A stretch of DNA of 64,000 nucleotides, taken from Eledone cirrhosa. Its lineage: Eukaryota. The notes below the pieces were generated by a model, which was given only the letters and a program-made list of their open reading frames with translations, made no database searches and had not been told where the DNA came from. Numbering within the stretch: the stretch's first letter is position 1; each line of letters opens with the position of its first letter. The DNA lies in assembly GCA_964016885.1 (NCBI GenBank), contig OZ024747.1, positions 20,522,001 through 20,586,000 on the forward strand, given 5' to 3'. Shown one piece after another: positions 27,392 through 40,843 of this stretch. The translations under genes were made by a program, and so were the position numbers.

Positions 27392-29724
27392 AGCAGTAGC
27401 AGCAGCAGCATAATTACTATTGGTGTTGCTGTTTTTGTGTATTCGCATAATGTGAAATAAATGCTATTTCCGAATCCTTCATACTTTAAATAGCAACTTC
27501 GTTTTCATATACTACAATTTTCAAATGTCTTGAAGAAAACCACCTAAATATATTTTAGTTTCTTTTGATTTATTTGTTTGTATCTTTTACTCGAATACAT
27601 TGTTTTTGGCAGGAAGTTCTTGAATATCCTTTCGGCTCTACATAAATGTTCGGTAAAATCTTCCATTCATTTCTAGGTTATACAATGATTTTCCTTCCTT
27701 GGTAAGTGTCTTAGAAAATAACATTCTTGCTGAATTATTTATCTATGAAACCAATTATATGAGTTGTTTTGTACTCATACAATAGAGTCGATAAAACTGA
27801 AGTTGTAAAATCGGTTTTGTATGAGTCAACCAGATGGGTTTATATAAGTTGCTTCAAAAAGTTGATTCAAAATGTTTTATCAATCACCTCCTGTATACCA
27901 GTAGATTTTAATCTTTCTAAATCTACTTCAAAAATGACATTAGGAACTTAACTCTTTCGTAATAATACTTCTCATGAAAATCCTAACCCATAAATCTCAA
28001 AGGATTTAGAAAAGAATTCAAAAGTATTTATTAATATAAATAAATTACCGTTTATTTATCTGGGTCTAGGTGGATTACGTAACAAAACTATCTAAACTAA
28101 AATGATCATAGTTCGTTTTAAATAAAAATGACCACAAAAAAATACATGTTTAACTGTTTTCTTTAGGAGAATAACATGGGTTTTTATTAAATGTGTTACT
28201 AACTAAAGTATAGATAAATAGTGAGAGAATAGGCATATGCTGTATGGGTAAGTAATTCATATCACAACGACAATGACATCGTTTCGGCTTCAGACCCACT
28301 GGCTGAAAAGTATATTCTATTCTAGCATCGGGATGACCCATACCTTGTGAATGGATTTTGTTACACGGAAACTGTGGAAGCTAATCTTATAAACATACAT
28401 AAATTCATACATACATACATAGTTGATGTTGTTTAAATTCCAATGAGAGAGTATTGTGTCTATGTTAGAAACCGACTCTCTATTGGTAAAAATTTGTGAA
28501 ATTATAAAACCAGAACATACATACATACATATATGAGGATTGCAGCGTCTTCACAGACGAGTGCCATCTCTTATTGATTCTTCATTGTCATACCATCTGC
28601 GTCCATGTCTTCGTAGATGACTTTTTAGGCCAGCTATAGATCTGCATGCCGCCCACTGCTCGAAAAAGGTTTACCATGTCTGAACTAAAATTTTTTGACG
28701 TCAGAATTACTGGAAACCAGTAAAATGATATATGATTAACAGAATAACTTCAGCAATAACTGTAGTCAGCGAAAAAATAAGAGATATAACACTTTCCTCA
28801 AACTAATGATGGAATTTCTATGTGATCTTATGGCCTGCAGTAATAAGCAACTAAATCTCCGTGAAATGATATAATTCTGTCGTAAAAAAAAGTAAGACTA
28901 TGTTGGATAATGGAGTCCTGAATATACACTATAGATAGAAAATAACGATGGGATGATATGTTCATGACTGGAATAGGGTTTCTTTTGTGGTAAATAACAA
29001 TAACTACCACACTTCTGTGTAATAAGAAGCTTAATCCGCCTCAAATAATAATCTATCTGCAGAAAGTAGATAATGAAATCCTAATGATAGTATAAACAGA
29101 AGAAAAACATGATGGGCATGGCTGGAAGAGTGGTGATGATAGATCTCTTTGCACATATTTGATTTGGGCGCAAAAAATATATATTAATCATGTTTCTTTG
29201 GGGCAACAATAGATCGTGTATGAGGTGGACCAACATGACGAAAATAGCTAAATCCTTCTCAAATAACACACCCGCCTTTAAAAGAAAAAATAGGACATTG
29301 AATAATGTAGTTGGCAATGTACTTCATATGGAAAAAAAAACAATTTCCAAGGTCAGAAATTGAAGGCCTTTGATTATAGCTTTACAAAAATAACAACAAT
29401 AACAACGATATTTTTTGCTTTGAACTGATATCGAATAAAATGACTCATATCCCAGAATTATGATCAATCAGGTGTGGAATCCTTTTTGATATTATTCATA
29501 TAGATCATGTTCAAACATTATTAATTAACGCTATATGTGCTACATTTACACTATACAACATAATAAATCTAATAGATTGATCAACATGCAAGAAAAAAAA
29601 CGATTAAACCAAATAGATTCATCGATGTACGAGGAAATAAAACATTGGTTTTCTTATGTTGATTTAAGAGTGTGGTGAACGTTTGATATAATAATAATGT
29701 TTTCATAGATACGCATGTATATAT

Positions 29725-29862
29725 AGATCTAGCTGTCGAAACGACCGGAGCTCAGCCGTCGGGGTCCTGACTCTTTTCCTATTACCCACTCTATTACCCT
29801 AAGTATCGAGTACTCTGGTGCGTTATGGTCCACCTGGTTCCTTACCACACTTCCTTCGTTAT
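29725..29862 (+). mobile_element. Family F element: 3' half of a hammerhead plus 3' tail ending at (TA)n
   Basis: gctgtc-GAAAC-gaccggagctcagcc-GTC-ggggtc, then cACTCtattaccctaagtatcGAGTact...ccttcgt(TA)n. Homologues at 26838-26893, 47033-47213, 50963-51160 and 56400-56603. Confidence 0.75.
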
Positions 29863-29913
29863 ATATATAAAGTTATATATTTATATATGTATATATATGT
29901 GTATATAGTTATT

Positions 29914-30620
29914 TTTTGTTTACTGTCTCGCTCGTTTCCCCTATTTACGTGTCCCAACGACTTTCTTTAGCCGTTGCTCGCACCAACCAGAGGTATATGA
30001 TCTTTAAAGCGATGAAATACCAATGAAGGCTGGAAGATCACTGATGAAGGACTAATTTTATTCATATGTAACCCATTTGCAACCACGTAGCACGCGATTT
30101 TTTCATATATTTATATATTTTCCTCCGCTGTGACCCGGCTGTTTCTTTCTTACTGCTTCCCCTTTCTCTGTATCTCTCACTTTCTCTTTACTCCCTCTGC
30201 CAGTCACTCTCTCTGTTAGCCTCTTCCTCACACTTTCACTCACTCACTCTCTGCTACTCCCTCTCCATCACTTCCTCCTGTTTGACCTGTACGAAATTCT
30301 TTCTCGCTCACATTTCAACCAGGTTGGATGGTCTTTATCTCTTGTCTACGATTTCACAGAACTTATGTTCACCGTTTTCAGGGACTTCACTCCTTCTTCC
30401 TCACTTTTCGTTGCATTACCATCTTTGTTTACTGTCTCGCTCGTTTCCCCTATTTACGTGTCCCAACGACTTTCTTTAGCCGTTGCTTGCACCAACCAGA
30501 GGTATATGATCTTTAAAGCGATGAAATACCAATGAAGGCTGAAAGATCACTGATGAAGGACTAATTTTCTTCATATGTAACCTATTTGCAACCACGCAGC
30601 ACGCCATTTTTTCATATATG
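29914..30620 (+). mobile_element. Non-coding element with ~200-bp direct terminal repeats (period ~510 bp), family G
   Basis: 29914-30110 recurs at 30424-30620; (TA)-rich flanks. Second family member at 44662-45380. Confidence 0.8.
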
Positions 30621-30959
30621 TATATATACATATACACATACATACATGCATACATGGTGGCTGCCAACTCGTTTTCGAGTACGGCCACTACTTTATATCC
30701 ATGTAGGAGAACCCCTACCGATGCGCTGAACGAGTGTGACTTTTTAGTCCAGCCAGCGACTTGAAAACTCTGGTACAAACACTACACGTGTGACAATTAT
30801 TGACACATAGTGCTGGGCCCATGGTACCATGTGATGACAAGTGCAGAGAGATCTCTAGATATAAAGCAATGCCTGTGTCGTGAAGCTTTTATAGTGAGCA
30901 AAGGCACTGCACAAAGCCAGTCCCACTCTCTTAACCAAGATGATATTTACCAAAAAGAA

Positions 30960-31315
30960 GAACAAGTCAACATCATTGGATACCATCAGGGTTGCAGGTG
31001 TTATATCAGAGTTTTCCTTCTCCTATAATTCTGCCTTGACAAAGGCTAAGGGATCATCTCTCCCGGTGATTTTGGATGGCCATTGACTCTTAAGAGCTCC
31101 TTTGCCCTTTGCCAGGTTTTGTTTTTAGTCCTGCACGATGTCCAAAATCACCCTCCTTACTAAGAAACCTTGATGGGGTTGCCAGTTTAGTCGCCAACGA
31201 CCCGACCATGGGACAGGTTATATTGGGATACATGTTACCAGTAGCACCATCTGGTGACATACATACATACATACATACATACATACATACATACATACAT
31301 ACATACATACATACA

Positions 31316-31345
<30 letters not shown>
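30960..31345 (-). mobile_element. Interspersed repeat homologous to 24650-24990, adjoining (ACAT)n
   Basis: ggggttgccagtttagtcgccaacgacccgaccatg is the reverse complement of the 24680-24715 motif; (ACAT)n at 31257-31345. Confidence 0.5.
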
Positions 31346-31347
<2 letters not shown>

Positions 31348-31846
31348 ATGTGTGATAGTTTGCCTGAAGCATTGTGGAATATAAAAATGAAAAATGGGTA
31401 TGCATAGAAAGCCGTACAATATAAGTGGGTTAGATTTACCAAGATAACAACAAATCGGAAGTGAATGGAGAGATATGAGATAGAAAACAAAAAGTGGGAG
31501 AAGGTAAATAAAATAAAAGAATGGCTGAAATTTACCTTACCATTTTAATTGTTCCAAGTTTTTTCTGGATTTATCACTCATTGTCAAGGGGACTCCGTTG
31601 GGCAAAGGTTTCGAAAAAATTAAAGACTTCCTTCCAGGTAGCTGTTTATTTTTATCAATAAATACAACAGAAATATCAAAAATATACAGCTACCAGGAAG
31701 GCCCCGCTAAGATAAGGGAAGGTAATCCGAAAAAATTTGGGAGGAATAAATTGCTACGGTCACTTTCAGTCATTATTTCATTTCTTTCATTTTATTTTCC
31801 CCCTCGATCGATTTGTTACCTTGATAATTCTAACCCACTTGCATTA

Positions 31847-32030
31847 TGGATTGGCAGTATCGGTAGAGGGTCGGACGCCATGCTTTCCAGCATAGTTACG
31901 TCCCTTTGCGGTCTGAGTTCAAATCCCGCCGAGGTTAACTTTGCCTTTCATCCTTACGGGGTCGATAAAATAAAGTACCAGTAATGTACTGAGTAATTGA
32001 TGGCCTTGTGCCAAAAGTAGAAACAATGAT
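31847..32030 (+). mobile_element. tRNA-derived SINE (main family)
   Basis: Near-identical to 25956-26140. Confidence 0.92.
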
Positions 32031-32235
32031 ATAGCTTTCTAAACATAACCACTTTTCATGTATATAGATATAGATATGATTTCCTTCCAATGAAACATTT
32101 CTAGTTCTATAGAAGCCTTTTCTATATTAAATATATATAAATATACCTGCAAGCATGATACACAGTGGTGTCTAGGCTGTAAAGTAACTATAAATACAAC
32201 AGTGGCGCTGCATGTGATACGCTATGTGCTCACTC

Positions 32236-32313
<78 letters not shown>

Positions 32314-32431
32314 AAAATGAGGGCTTTTTTTAAAAAAATAAATGAAAAAAAAAACAGATGTCCTACACGGATGAAAGTGTAAGGAAAAGAAATTGAAAAT
32401 GCAACTGGAATCTTTTAAGAATATTTATTTA

Positions 32432-32475
32432 TTTACTTTACTGGTTTCACTGTTCTTGTGCTTTTCAAAAGTAAA
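32432..32475 (-). ncRNA. Candidate hammerhead with U3:A8 core (UUGAAAA)
   Basis: Minus strand: TTTACTT-TTGAAAA-GCacaagaacaGT-GAAA-CCAG-TA^-AAGTAAA; perfect 7-bp stem I, weak stem II. Confidence 0.55.
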
Positions 32476-33008
32476 ATTGAGATGGAGGGTTTGTGTTTTA
32501 CATGCATATGTATATATGCATGTAAAAGGTAAACAGAAATAACAACACAATCGGTACAGTATATGGAAGGAATATATTAGGTTAACGCTGGAAATAGTAG
32601 GAAGAGGGTCTTAACGTTTCGGACGCTAGTTCTTCCCTACATGTCTCAGTCCAGGGTGTCCCTTTTACATCACGGATAACAGGTCTCGCTCACCAGGACT
32701 GAACAGAGTCTGCTTTACCGCCTTGGGTCCTGTTTCCCACATGGGCTCAACTCCCCTCCACAATTTCTTTAATATTACACATATACGTTCGTGCTTACTG
32801 CTCTACCATTTGCCCCGTCACGCTTACCCCGTCCGTAATCACACATACGCGTGTATATTCACCCCTAGATTCTTGTGGCTCTCTTATGGTGAGAAACATA
32901 TGCTCTTACAGTTGATATAGACCAACAAAATACGCACTCACGCCTCTATTTTTCCCTTCACAGCTCTGTACACATACACACACACGCACACACACACACA
33001 CACACATA

Positions 33009-33077
<69 letters not shown>

Positions 33078-33154
33078 ACATACACACATACACACAGACA
33101 CACACACAGACACACACACACGTACACACACACACACGCACACACACACACACG

Positions 33155-33201
<47 letters not shown>

Positions 33202-33264
33202 GTATAGCTCTATATACAAATATATATATATATATATTAAAATACAAATATTTTGATCAATTAC

Positions 33265-33317
33265 ATTTTATTATACATATTTCGGATGTACAACAGTACG
33301 TCCTCGTCAGACAAAAT
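33265..33317 (-). ncRNA. Type I hammerhead ribozyme
   Basis: Minus strand: ATTTTGT-CTGACGA-GGA-C-GTAC-tgtt-GTAC-A-TCC-GAAA-TATGTA-TA^-ATAAAAT. Confidence 0.85.
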
Positions 33318-34725
33318 ATAATGATACATGACATACCCTGAGATGTTAAATGGTTAGGATGTAATCAAGGTAGTCATTAACCTAAGAGAAATGTTCACAT
33401 TTATACCCTAATAATGAGAAAATGCGAAAACGTAATAAATTCAATAGAGAATGTGTGAGTTAGAAAAACGTTGCTTAAAGTAACAGTTATAGAGATTTTT
33501 AAATGTATGATACTACAATTTATGTTTATCTAGGAAAACAGTCAATGAGAGCCACTGGAATAGGATATATACAGAGGGAAAGATAAGGGGTAATATATGT
33601 AGAAGGAGATTTTTCCGAAAGTTAAACGGTTAAGTTTGAAAATATTTAATTTATGCTATTTTAGGGTGAAGAATCAAGATTTTAGGGGTTTTTTTTTAAA
33701 TTGCTGGTTATTTATATTTATTAGTTTTGAAAATTCTATAAGTGTGTTAACATTTCTAAACTTCTGAATTTTATGAGGATAACATTTAAAGGATTTAGCT
33801 GGTCAGCGGAAAGGAAAGTTTACACTGTTGAATATTTTCCTAAATGTAAACTTTACCGAAGATAATCATTGTCAACATTTTTGGTATGTAAATCTTATGA
33901 AGTACTTATTGTTAGAAATATTTAAATAACGATTATGTATATAAATATATATTAATGAGCCAGTATATTTTAGGTAAATCATAACGAAAATATAAATAAA
34001 ATAATAGATTGAGGCATGCTAAAGTTAAATATATACCTATATATAACAGGGAGTAAATGCATTAATTATTCATAATTCCAAATAAATAATAATCAAGAAA
34101 TTTAGAAGTTAACTAAAAATTATGTATAGAAAGATACAGGGAGGTATATATGGATATAAATTAGGTATTATTGATACAGTATACTTTAGGTAAATGATAA
34201 CGGTTATAATTTTATATAATAAAGTTCGAACGTGTTATAGTTAAATACATATATATATATAAGAAAAGCAATAATAAATGCAAGGATAATTCAGAGTTCA
34301 AAATAAGGTCTATAATAATTTATAGTTTGTATATTTGCTCTATATTTGAATCAAGGATATAAAAATGGAGTAGGTAAATTTAAAAACGTAGAAAATATAA
34401 TTACATACATATTATAAATAAGAGATCAAAAACACATGAAAGATTCACAGTTATAAATAAGTTCCGTAAAAATGTGAGTTAGATATTAAACTAAAATTTA
34501 AAACTTAGATAGGAAGATAAAGACAGAGAAATAAAGAAATAATGGTATGGATCAAAGTTAATAATATTATGTTATGTATATCAATGTTCCGGCATGTTAT
34601 TGAACAAGTGTCTTTCATTCGAGCGTTATTTCTTCTATAGATAGTTATAAGATAATGCAATATTAAAGGCCATTAATGTTTTTTCCCTGTTGATTATATA
34701 CGTCTGACAACCAAGTTTTTAATGG

Positions 34726-35130
34726 TTAAGTGTTTCTCTCTCTTTTTTTTCTCGTTTTGTGGGAGGCTAAGAATGTGAACGTAGCTTTATGGAGGCAACT
34801 AGAAAATAATTCACTTTTTTTGTTAATTAGGGTCTCATAGTTATTAATAATCAACATGGTCTCCATTGTACAGAGCGCGCAGTTATATGGTATACTAGAG
34901 TTGCAGTAAACTCCACAGTTCCGAAGTTTTGTCCAAAGAATGGAGTATTTTAAATTCCTCTCTTTTAATGACCATATGAGCTGTGATAAAGAAGTGGATG
35001 ATTTCCTCTTGGAGTTCGAGAATGAGCATTTATGGTTCGCAAATCTGGCTTTAAATGTAGAAGAAGTCGATTCTATGTAGTTGTATGTGTAAAACTCATT
35101 CTTTGATATACTCATTGAATCTTGTTTAAC

Positions 35131-35136
<6 letters not shown>
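34726..35136 (-). pseudogene. C-terminal GIY-YIG endonuclease fragment of a Penelope-like element (probably Naiad-type)
   Basis: NYIEST..FKARFANHKCSF..STSLSQLIWSLKE..YSILW..CALCTME..LINKKSELFSSCLHK: YIG-like (YIE), R..NH, CxxCxxE, LNK, CxH. The upstream GIY motif is cut off by (TA)n. Confidence 0.85.
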
Positions 35137-35186
<50 letters not shown>

Positions 35187-35327
35187 AGTTTATGTTGGTT
35201 GTATACCAACACCTCAGTATGCAGGCTGGAGCACTCGACGAAGTGCGCAGGTTGGTTTGGTTACTCCGGAGTAGTGTAAAATAAAGTTAAATAAAAGTCA
35301 AATGATTAAAATTTAGCTTCGTTTATT

Positions 35328-35382
35328 ACTGCTATATATAGTTCAGTGACAGCCATCTTTGGCTGTGACCTCTTCAGGCAGT
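35328..35382 (-). ncRNA. Hammerhead with damaged core (GAAA to GAAC)
   Basis: Inverted copy of 35409-35463 with one substitution. Confidence 0.7.
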
Positions 35383-35408
35383 TTGAATTAGTATGGTATA
35401 GAATTCAA

Positions 35409-35463
35409 ACTGCCTGAAGAGGTCACAGCCAAAGATGGCTGTCACTGAAATATATATAGCAGT
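35409..35463 (+). ncRNA. Type I hammerhead ribozyme
   Basis: ACTGC-CTGAAGA-GGT-C-ACAGCCA-aaga-TGGCTGT-C-ACT-GAAA-TATATA-TA^-GCAGT. Confidence 0.9.
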
Positions 35464-35507
35464 AATAAACGAAGCTAAATTTTAATCATTTGACTTTTAT
35501 TTAACTT

Positions 35508-35591
<84 letters not shown>

Positions 35592-36341
35592 GTGTGTGTT
35601 CATATATGCATGAAATAATAGCTAATCTGTGTACTGATGCGGGTTGTCCATTTTGTTGTTGTGTGACATCAAATCAAGTTATCTACATTAGCGCTGTGAT
35701 ATTTCCATAAGTTGTAGTAAAGCATATAAAAAGTCAGAAAACTAACACAACCTTGAGAAAATCGAAAAGAACACTTGCTTTATTCCTTCCGGCTCTTTGT
35801 CTTTTATCCATTACTGAGGTCGATGCTTCTTTTAATATCTCTTTCTTATTTCTTTTCTACCACCCTTTCGCTCTCTCGGAAGAAATCAGCCGTGTTCAGT
35901 CGTGGAAATGGTAAGGCCTTTGCCAAGTTTTAAATATTCAGCAAACAATGTATCTTACTCCGGTGCCTCTCAACGTCTCCTCAGATATTTACAGACACAT
36001 ATACATGTATTGTATATAAAACTGCATTATCACACCAGGCCTTTCTATCATCTTTTGAAAGGTGCTTTGTCCTGATTACATAGATCTTTGGCTGCTATTT
36101 TCAGCAGGGTGCGAAACAGCGCTGTTGTTTCATCACTGACTTCATAAGAATTCGTGAATGTGTGATGAAGAAATTGAAAAAAATTGAAAAAAATGTTTTT
36201 TGTGAAATGTAATCAAGCTATTTAAACCTCATCGATGTCTTCCTTTCATTCTTTCTATCTTTCTTTTCATTATTCTCATATTTTTAAGACATTATTTTCA
36301 ATATTTTTTCTTCTTCTTCTGTTTTCTTTTTCTTCTTCCTT

Positions 36342-36386
<45 letters not shown>

Positions 36387-36469
36387 TTCTTCTCATTCTT
36401 CTAATTATTATTACTATTATTATTATTATTATTATTATTCTCTTCATATTCTTTGTTATCGTTCTATCC

Positions 36470-36551
<82 letters not shown>

Positions 36552-36724
36552 CTCTCTCTCTCCCTTTCTCTCACTTTCCAGCTATTGAACTTATGTTGTA
36601 AAATTATACCTCAATTAAATTTTGAAATAGTTAATTTAAATAAGAAATTACTAGCAACATTCGTTTATGTTTTTCCTTCTTTTTTTAGTTTTGTTCTTAT
36701 TCTTGTTGATGTGCTGAGACTGAT

Positions 36725-37352
36725 ATTGTTGTGCTTGTTGTGGTAGATGGTGGCGGTGACGGTGGTGGTACTAATGTTGTATTTGTTGCTGTTGTTGTTG
36801 TTGATGTGTTTGTTGCTGTTGTTGTTGGTGGTGGTGGTACTATTGTTGTTCTTGGTATATTTGCTGCTGTTGGTGGTGTTGAATTTGTTGCTCTTGTTGT
36901 TGGTGATGTTACTGTTGTTGTTGTTGGTGGTGGTGGTGATGTTACTGTTGTTGCTGCTGTTGTTGTTGTTGGTGGTGATGTTACTGTTGTTGCTGTTGTT
37001 GTTGTTGGTGGTGGTGGTGGTGACGGTAATGTTGTTGTAGGTGGTGGTGGTGATGGTAATGATGTTGTTGTTGTTGGTGGTGGTGGTGATGGTAATGTTG
37101 TTGTTGGTGGTGGTAGAGGTGGTGATGGTAATGTTGTTGTTGGTGGTGGTGGTGATGGTAATGATGTTGTTGTTGTTGGTGGTGATGGTGGTGACGGTAA
37201 TGTTGTTGTTGGTGGTGGTGGTGATGGTAATGTTGTTGTTGTTGGTGGTGGTGGTGGTGACGGTAATGTTGTTGTTGTTGGTGGTGGTGATGGTAATGTT
37301 GTTGTTGTTGGTGGTGGTGGTGGTGCTGGTAATGTTGTTGCTGTTGTTGTTC
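36725..37352. repeat. (GTT/GGT)-based minisatellite, ~30-39 bp unit ggtggtggtgatggtaatgttgttgtt
   Basis: Tandem codon-sized units give open frames (TTTLPSPPPP on the minus strand). Confidence 0.85.
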
Positions 37353-40300
37353 TTATATTTTTCTTTAATTTTTTGGTTTCATTTTTGTCTTTCAATATTT
37401 AATTTTATCTTCTTTTAAATTGAAATTAAAATAATTACCAGCATAAAGCTACTGCGCTAATTAAATAAAACGATACTGCGAAGTAAAGAAGCATTGTTTC
37501 ACAGTGTGTATATATGTGTGTATATATATATATACATATGTTTATGTATATATATATATGTTTATGTATTTCTATGTGTGTGTATTTGTGTTCTACAGCA
37601 TCAACTGCAACAAGAGTAACGTTAACAACAATAATAACAACAACAACACGGGTTAAAAGTAGCAGTAACTGACAACAGTAAAACTGCAGGGCTTCTGACA
37701 AGATGTTTAATAAAATTAATTTATCAGACGAGAAGCAACATCAAACACAAACAATATAACTGAAAAAAAAATATTATCAGAGACAAATTCTCTTTGGTTG
37801 CTTTTCCGGAACAAATTTCTGAAGCTCTATAAAAATAAATATAAAAAATAATTTAAATATACAAAAAAGAATTTACATGAAAAAAGAAATCGAAAAAAAA
37901 AAATTCCATTTTCATGAAAGATTGATGAAAATTATTCTGAAATTGGAATTCTGTATTTGAAATCTGAAATTTTAGCCTTTTCTTTCTTTTTGTATTTAGT
38001 TTTGTTGTATTGTTGTAAATAAAGTGAATATTGAGCGGGTTCTTTGTCGAATATTATCGTTGAACTTTTAAATGGCCGGGTGTTAAAGATACTGGTCTGA
38101 TTCAACTGTCCATACACTGATAATATAATTGATAGTGTTCTTATGTTCATTTAAAATGGTGCTACTGCTTTACGTTGTAAACATACGTACTTTAAATCAT
38201 GCAAGCACTTATTGGATCTAGAAAACTTTATTTCAGTAGCTTAATTTATACACAAATATTTTAGACTACATTTTTTACCACTCCCATTTACCCTAATTGT
38301 TTTTAAAGGGCTACTCCAGTTCCTTAGGAAAATATAATTTATCAATGAGCTACAACACTATTCCTCCAGCAATCTCTCTTTTTCTTTCGCTCTCTCTTTC
38401 ACTCTCTCTCTCTCTCACTCTTACTCTCTCTCTCTCTGTCTCTCTCTCGTTTCAGTATATTTTCTAGCACTTCTACAACACTCCATGTAGTCATTCTCAT
38501 AGGTGGCATGTTTACATTATCTTCACTAGCAGCACCACCACCAACACCAGCAGCATTAATGTAGCTAGAGATGCTGTCGCTGCTGTGTCACTAAACTCCG
38601 AGGTGTCAGAGTGTAACAACCACCAACTCCTCCACTCTCATCGTTTGACGATAATGTACACAACAACGAAATAGCACGGATACGGTTTGTTGGCATTCTA
38701 GAGCAAGGTAACGATATTTCAATAAGGCTCCAGGGTAGAAAATACAGCATTATCACATATGGAACACCTTTAACCATATATCAGGTGTGTGATACAGCAT
38801 TATCCCTACATGCTCCTCTAGAGAAGTAATCTCTGTACAACTACTTCGCAATAGAAATTGATCTGCATCGCACTACATTCCTAATATAGCCCACACACAA
38901 ATACATACCATATAATCCTCTTCCTAGAGTTGTTAACCCTGAAATCTTTCACTCAGTCCCGAAGTTTTCTGATATACATCAACATACAAGAAGACTCGTG
39001 GTAAGGGTTTTTGGCACATGATCCGAAGTTAAACAATTCGAATCTCAGTGCCACTTGTTTGCTCTAGCAGTGCATTCTATTTCATGTTGCTCCAGTTCAC
39101 TCAGGGGTTTGCAGTAGTGCCCCTAACAGTGGAGACTTCTGGTGTCCTTGGTTCTAGGGCTACCTGCCTACTTACCACCATAGGCACTGAGCTGGCTAGC
39201 TGTAGGTGTCAGCCTCGCGATATGGAATGACCCTTCCAGCGCATTTCCCTTACCATCCTCCGACAAAACGCCTTCTCCATTCTCTCCGCCGCCGGGACCG
39301 TGGGACGGCCAGCACGTGGAACCCTATGTGCTCATAATACAGAGAGAGGATGAGGGCGAGAGGGATGGAGGTGTGGCTCTTCCGTGTTCGGACACATTTA
39401 TCAATTCTATGTTGCTATTGATACTTAAATATCCGGCCATTAAAGAGCGCTGTATCCTTCATTCAAAAAGCCGGCTTCGTTATTGAGTGTCACGGTGAAT
39501 CTCACTAAAACGTACGCTAAAATTATACATATATGTGTGTAGTATGCTCAAATATTTGCACGTTCATTTCACGGACAGGCTGTTTCATCGTTCGTATAAC
39601 TGGAACATTCAACTTCGGAAACAAAGAATATGTAACAGAGTTCTCTTTAAAAAAGCTACACAACGTAGTTTCACAAAGATTTGGCTACAGTTTCTGAGTG
39701 ATTCAGTGATTACGTAAAATCTCCTGTTTGGCTCGATTTTTATTGATTATAATATATATTAAGCTGGTGTTTGGAATTCAATTTCGGCAAAGACATAACA
39801 GAATATTAATGAAATTGTACTTGTTTGATTCTAGACTGTTTTCCTAATCTCGGATGTTCATCATCAGAGACAATGACACAATGTTTCCATCAATTGTCTG
39901 TAATCATTTGGATAGCAATAAATAAATATATATATATATATATATACATATATACATATACGTGAAATGGTATATATTTTATCTGGTGATTCTATAGGCA
40001 TGTTTTATGATATATAGCTCTGATTATTTAATTTATTAACTTTTCATTGAGCCACAAAGTGACCTGTTGCAAAACACGTATATGTATTTCCAGCTTCTAC
40101 AGCCCACTATCTTTCACACACACACACACTCACACATATACACACTTACACATATACACACACAGTTACACACACATATATATTTACACACACATATTTT
40201 ACGGCTTTCACACGCTAGCGCACCCTCTTGATTTAACCCTTTTGGTCAGTAGCTTTTGCCACAGCCTATCACACGCACGCGCATTCTTTCCCTCATTTAA

Positions 40301-40609
40301 ATTTTCTCCCCATAACGGCATTCCTGTTTTAACGACATCACAACTTTCTCCGGCTTGGCCTGTTCCCCCCCTTTTTGGAACTTTCCCCCGTTGATGGGCG
40401 TGAGCCCGAAATATTGGGAGTATATCTCCACTACGGTAACCCTTCTACCTTTGTTTTGTTTTCATCTTTGTCTCTCTCAATTTTCACTTTCTCCTATTTC
40501 TCCTATTTATCATTCACTTCCTACCTCGAGATTTCCCATCTGCATTGTTGTGGCTTTCTAAACTACGTATTTTACACATTTCACAATGCTTCAAGCAAAC
40601 TTTAACACA

Positions 40610-40693
<84 letters not shown>

Positions 40694-40761
40694 GCGTAAG
40701 ATAAGAAAATTTTTTTTTTTTAATTTTTAAAAACTTTTTTTACTTACCTACTTAAATTTTC

Positions 40762-40843
40762 ACTCCAACTAATTAGTTTCTGCAATGGGATAAAGACAGT
40801 TACATAATCCAACTGTCTAGAATTCATTGCGTCATCAGGGAGT
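40762..40843 (-). ncRNA. Type I hammerhead ribozyme
   Basis: Inverted copy of 41545-41626. Confidence 0.8.

Larger units (their letters stand above)
33240..35136 (-). mobile_element. 5'-truncated Penelope-like element (endonuclease end, long AT-rich 3' region, hammerhead) flanked by (TA)n
   Basis: GIY-YIG ORF at 34726-35115, then ~1.4 kb downstream on the same strand a hammerhead at 33265-33317. Confidence 0.75.
35183..35515. mobile_element. Palindromic PLE pseudo-LTR-type element, family C, in (TA)n
   Basis: Arms ~35277-35389 and 35402-35515; tail 35183-35276 on the left arm only. Same family as 52790-53228. Confidence 0.85.

Noticed and set aside
32600-32640. Minus-strand tccGAAACGTTaag half-hammerhead
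   Set aside because: No upstream CUGANGA.
34726-35136. Possible selenoprotein recoding, reported for some Naiad PLEs
   Set aside because: No in-frame TGA in the retained fragment, and I could not identify a SECIS by eye.
36697-37418. Extensin/mucin-like Pro/Thr ORF (232 aa) and the opposite Val/Gly ORF
   Set aside because: A trinucleotide-based minisatellite open in several frames, with no signal peptide or non-repetitive domain. An exon cannot be fully excluded without RNA data.
40383-40420. GGGC-gtga-GCCC-GAAA hairpin with ttccc/gggag flanks
   Set aside because: The 5' core reads CCGTTGAT, too divergent to call a ribozyme.
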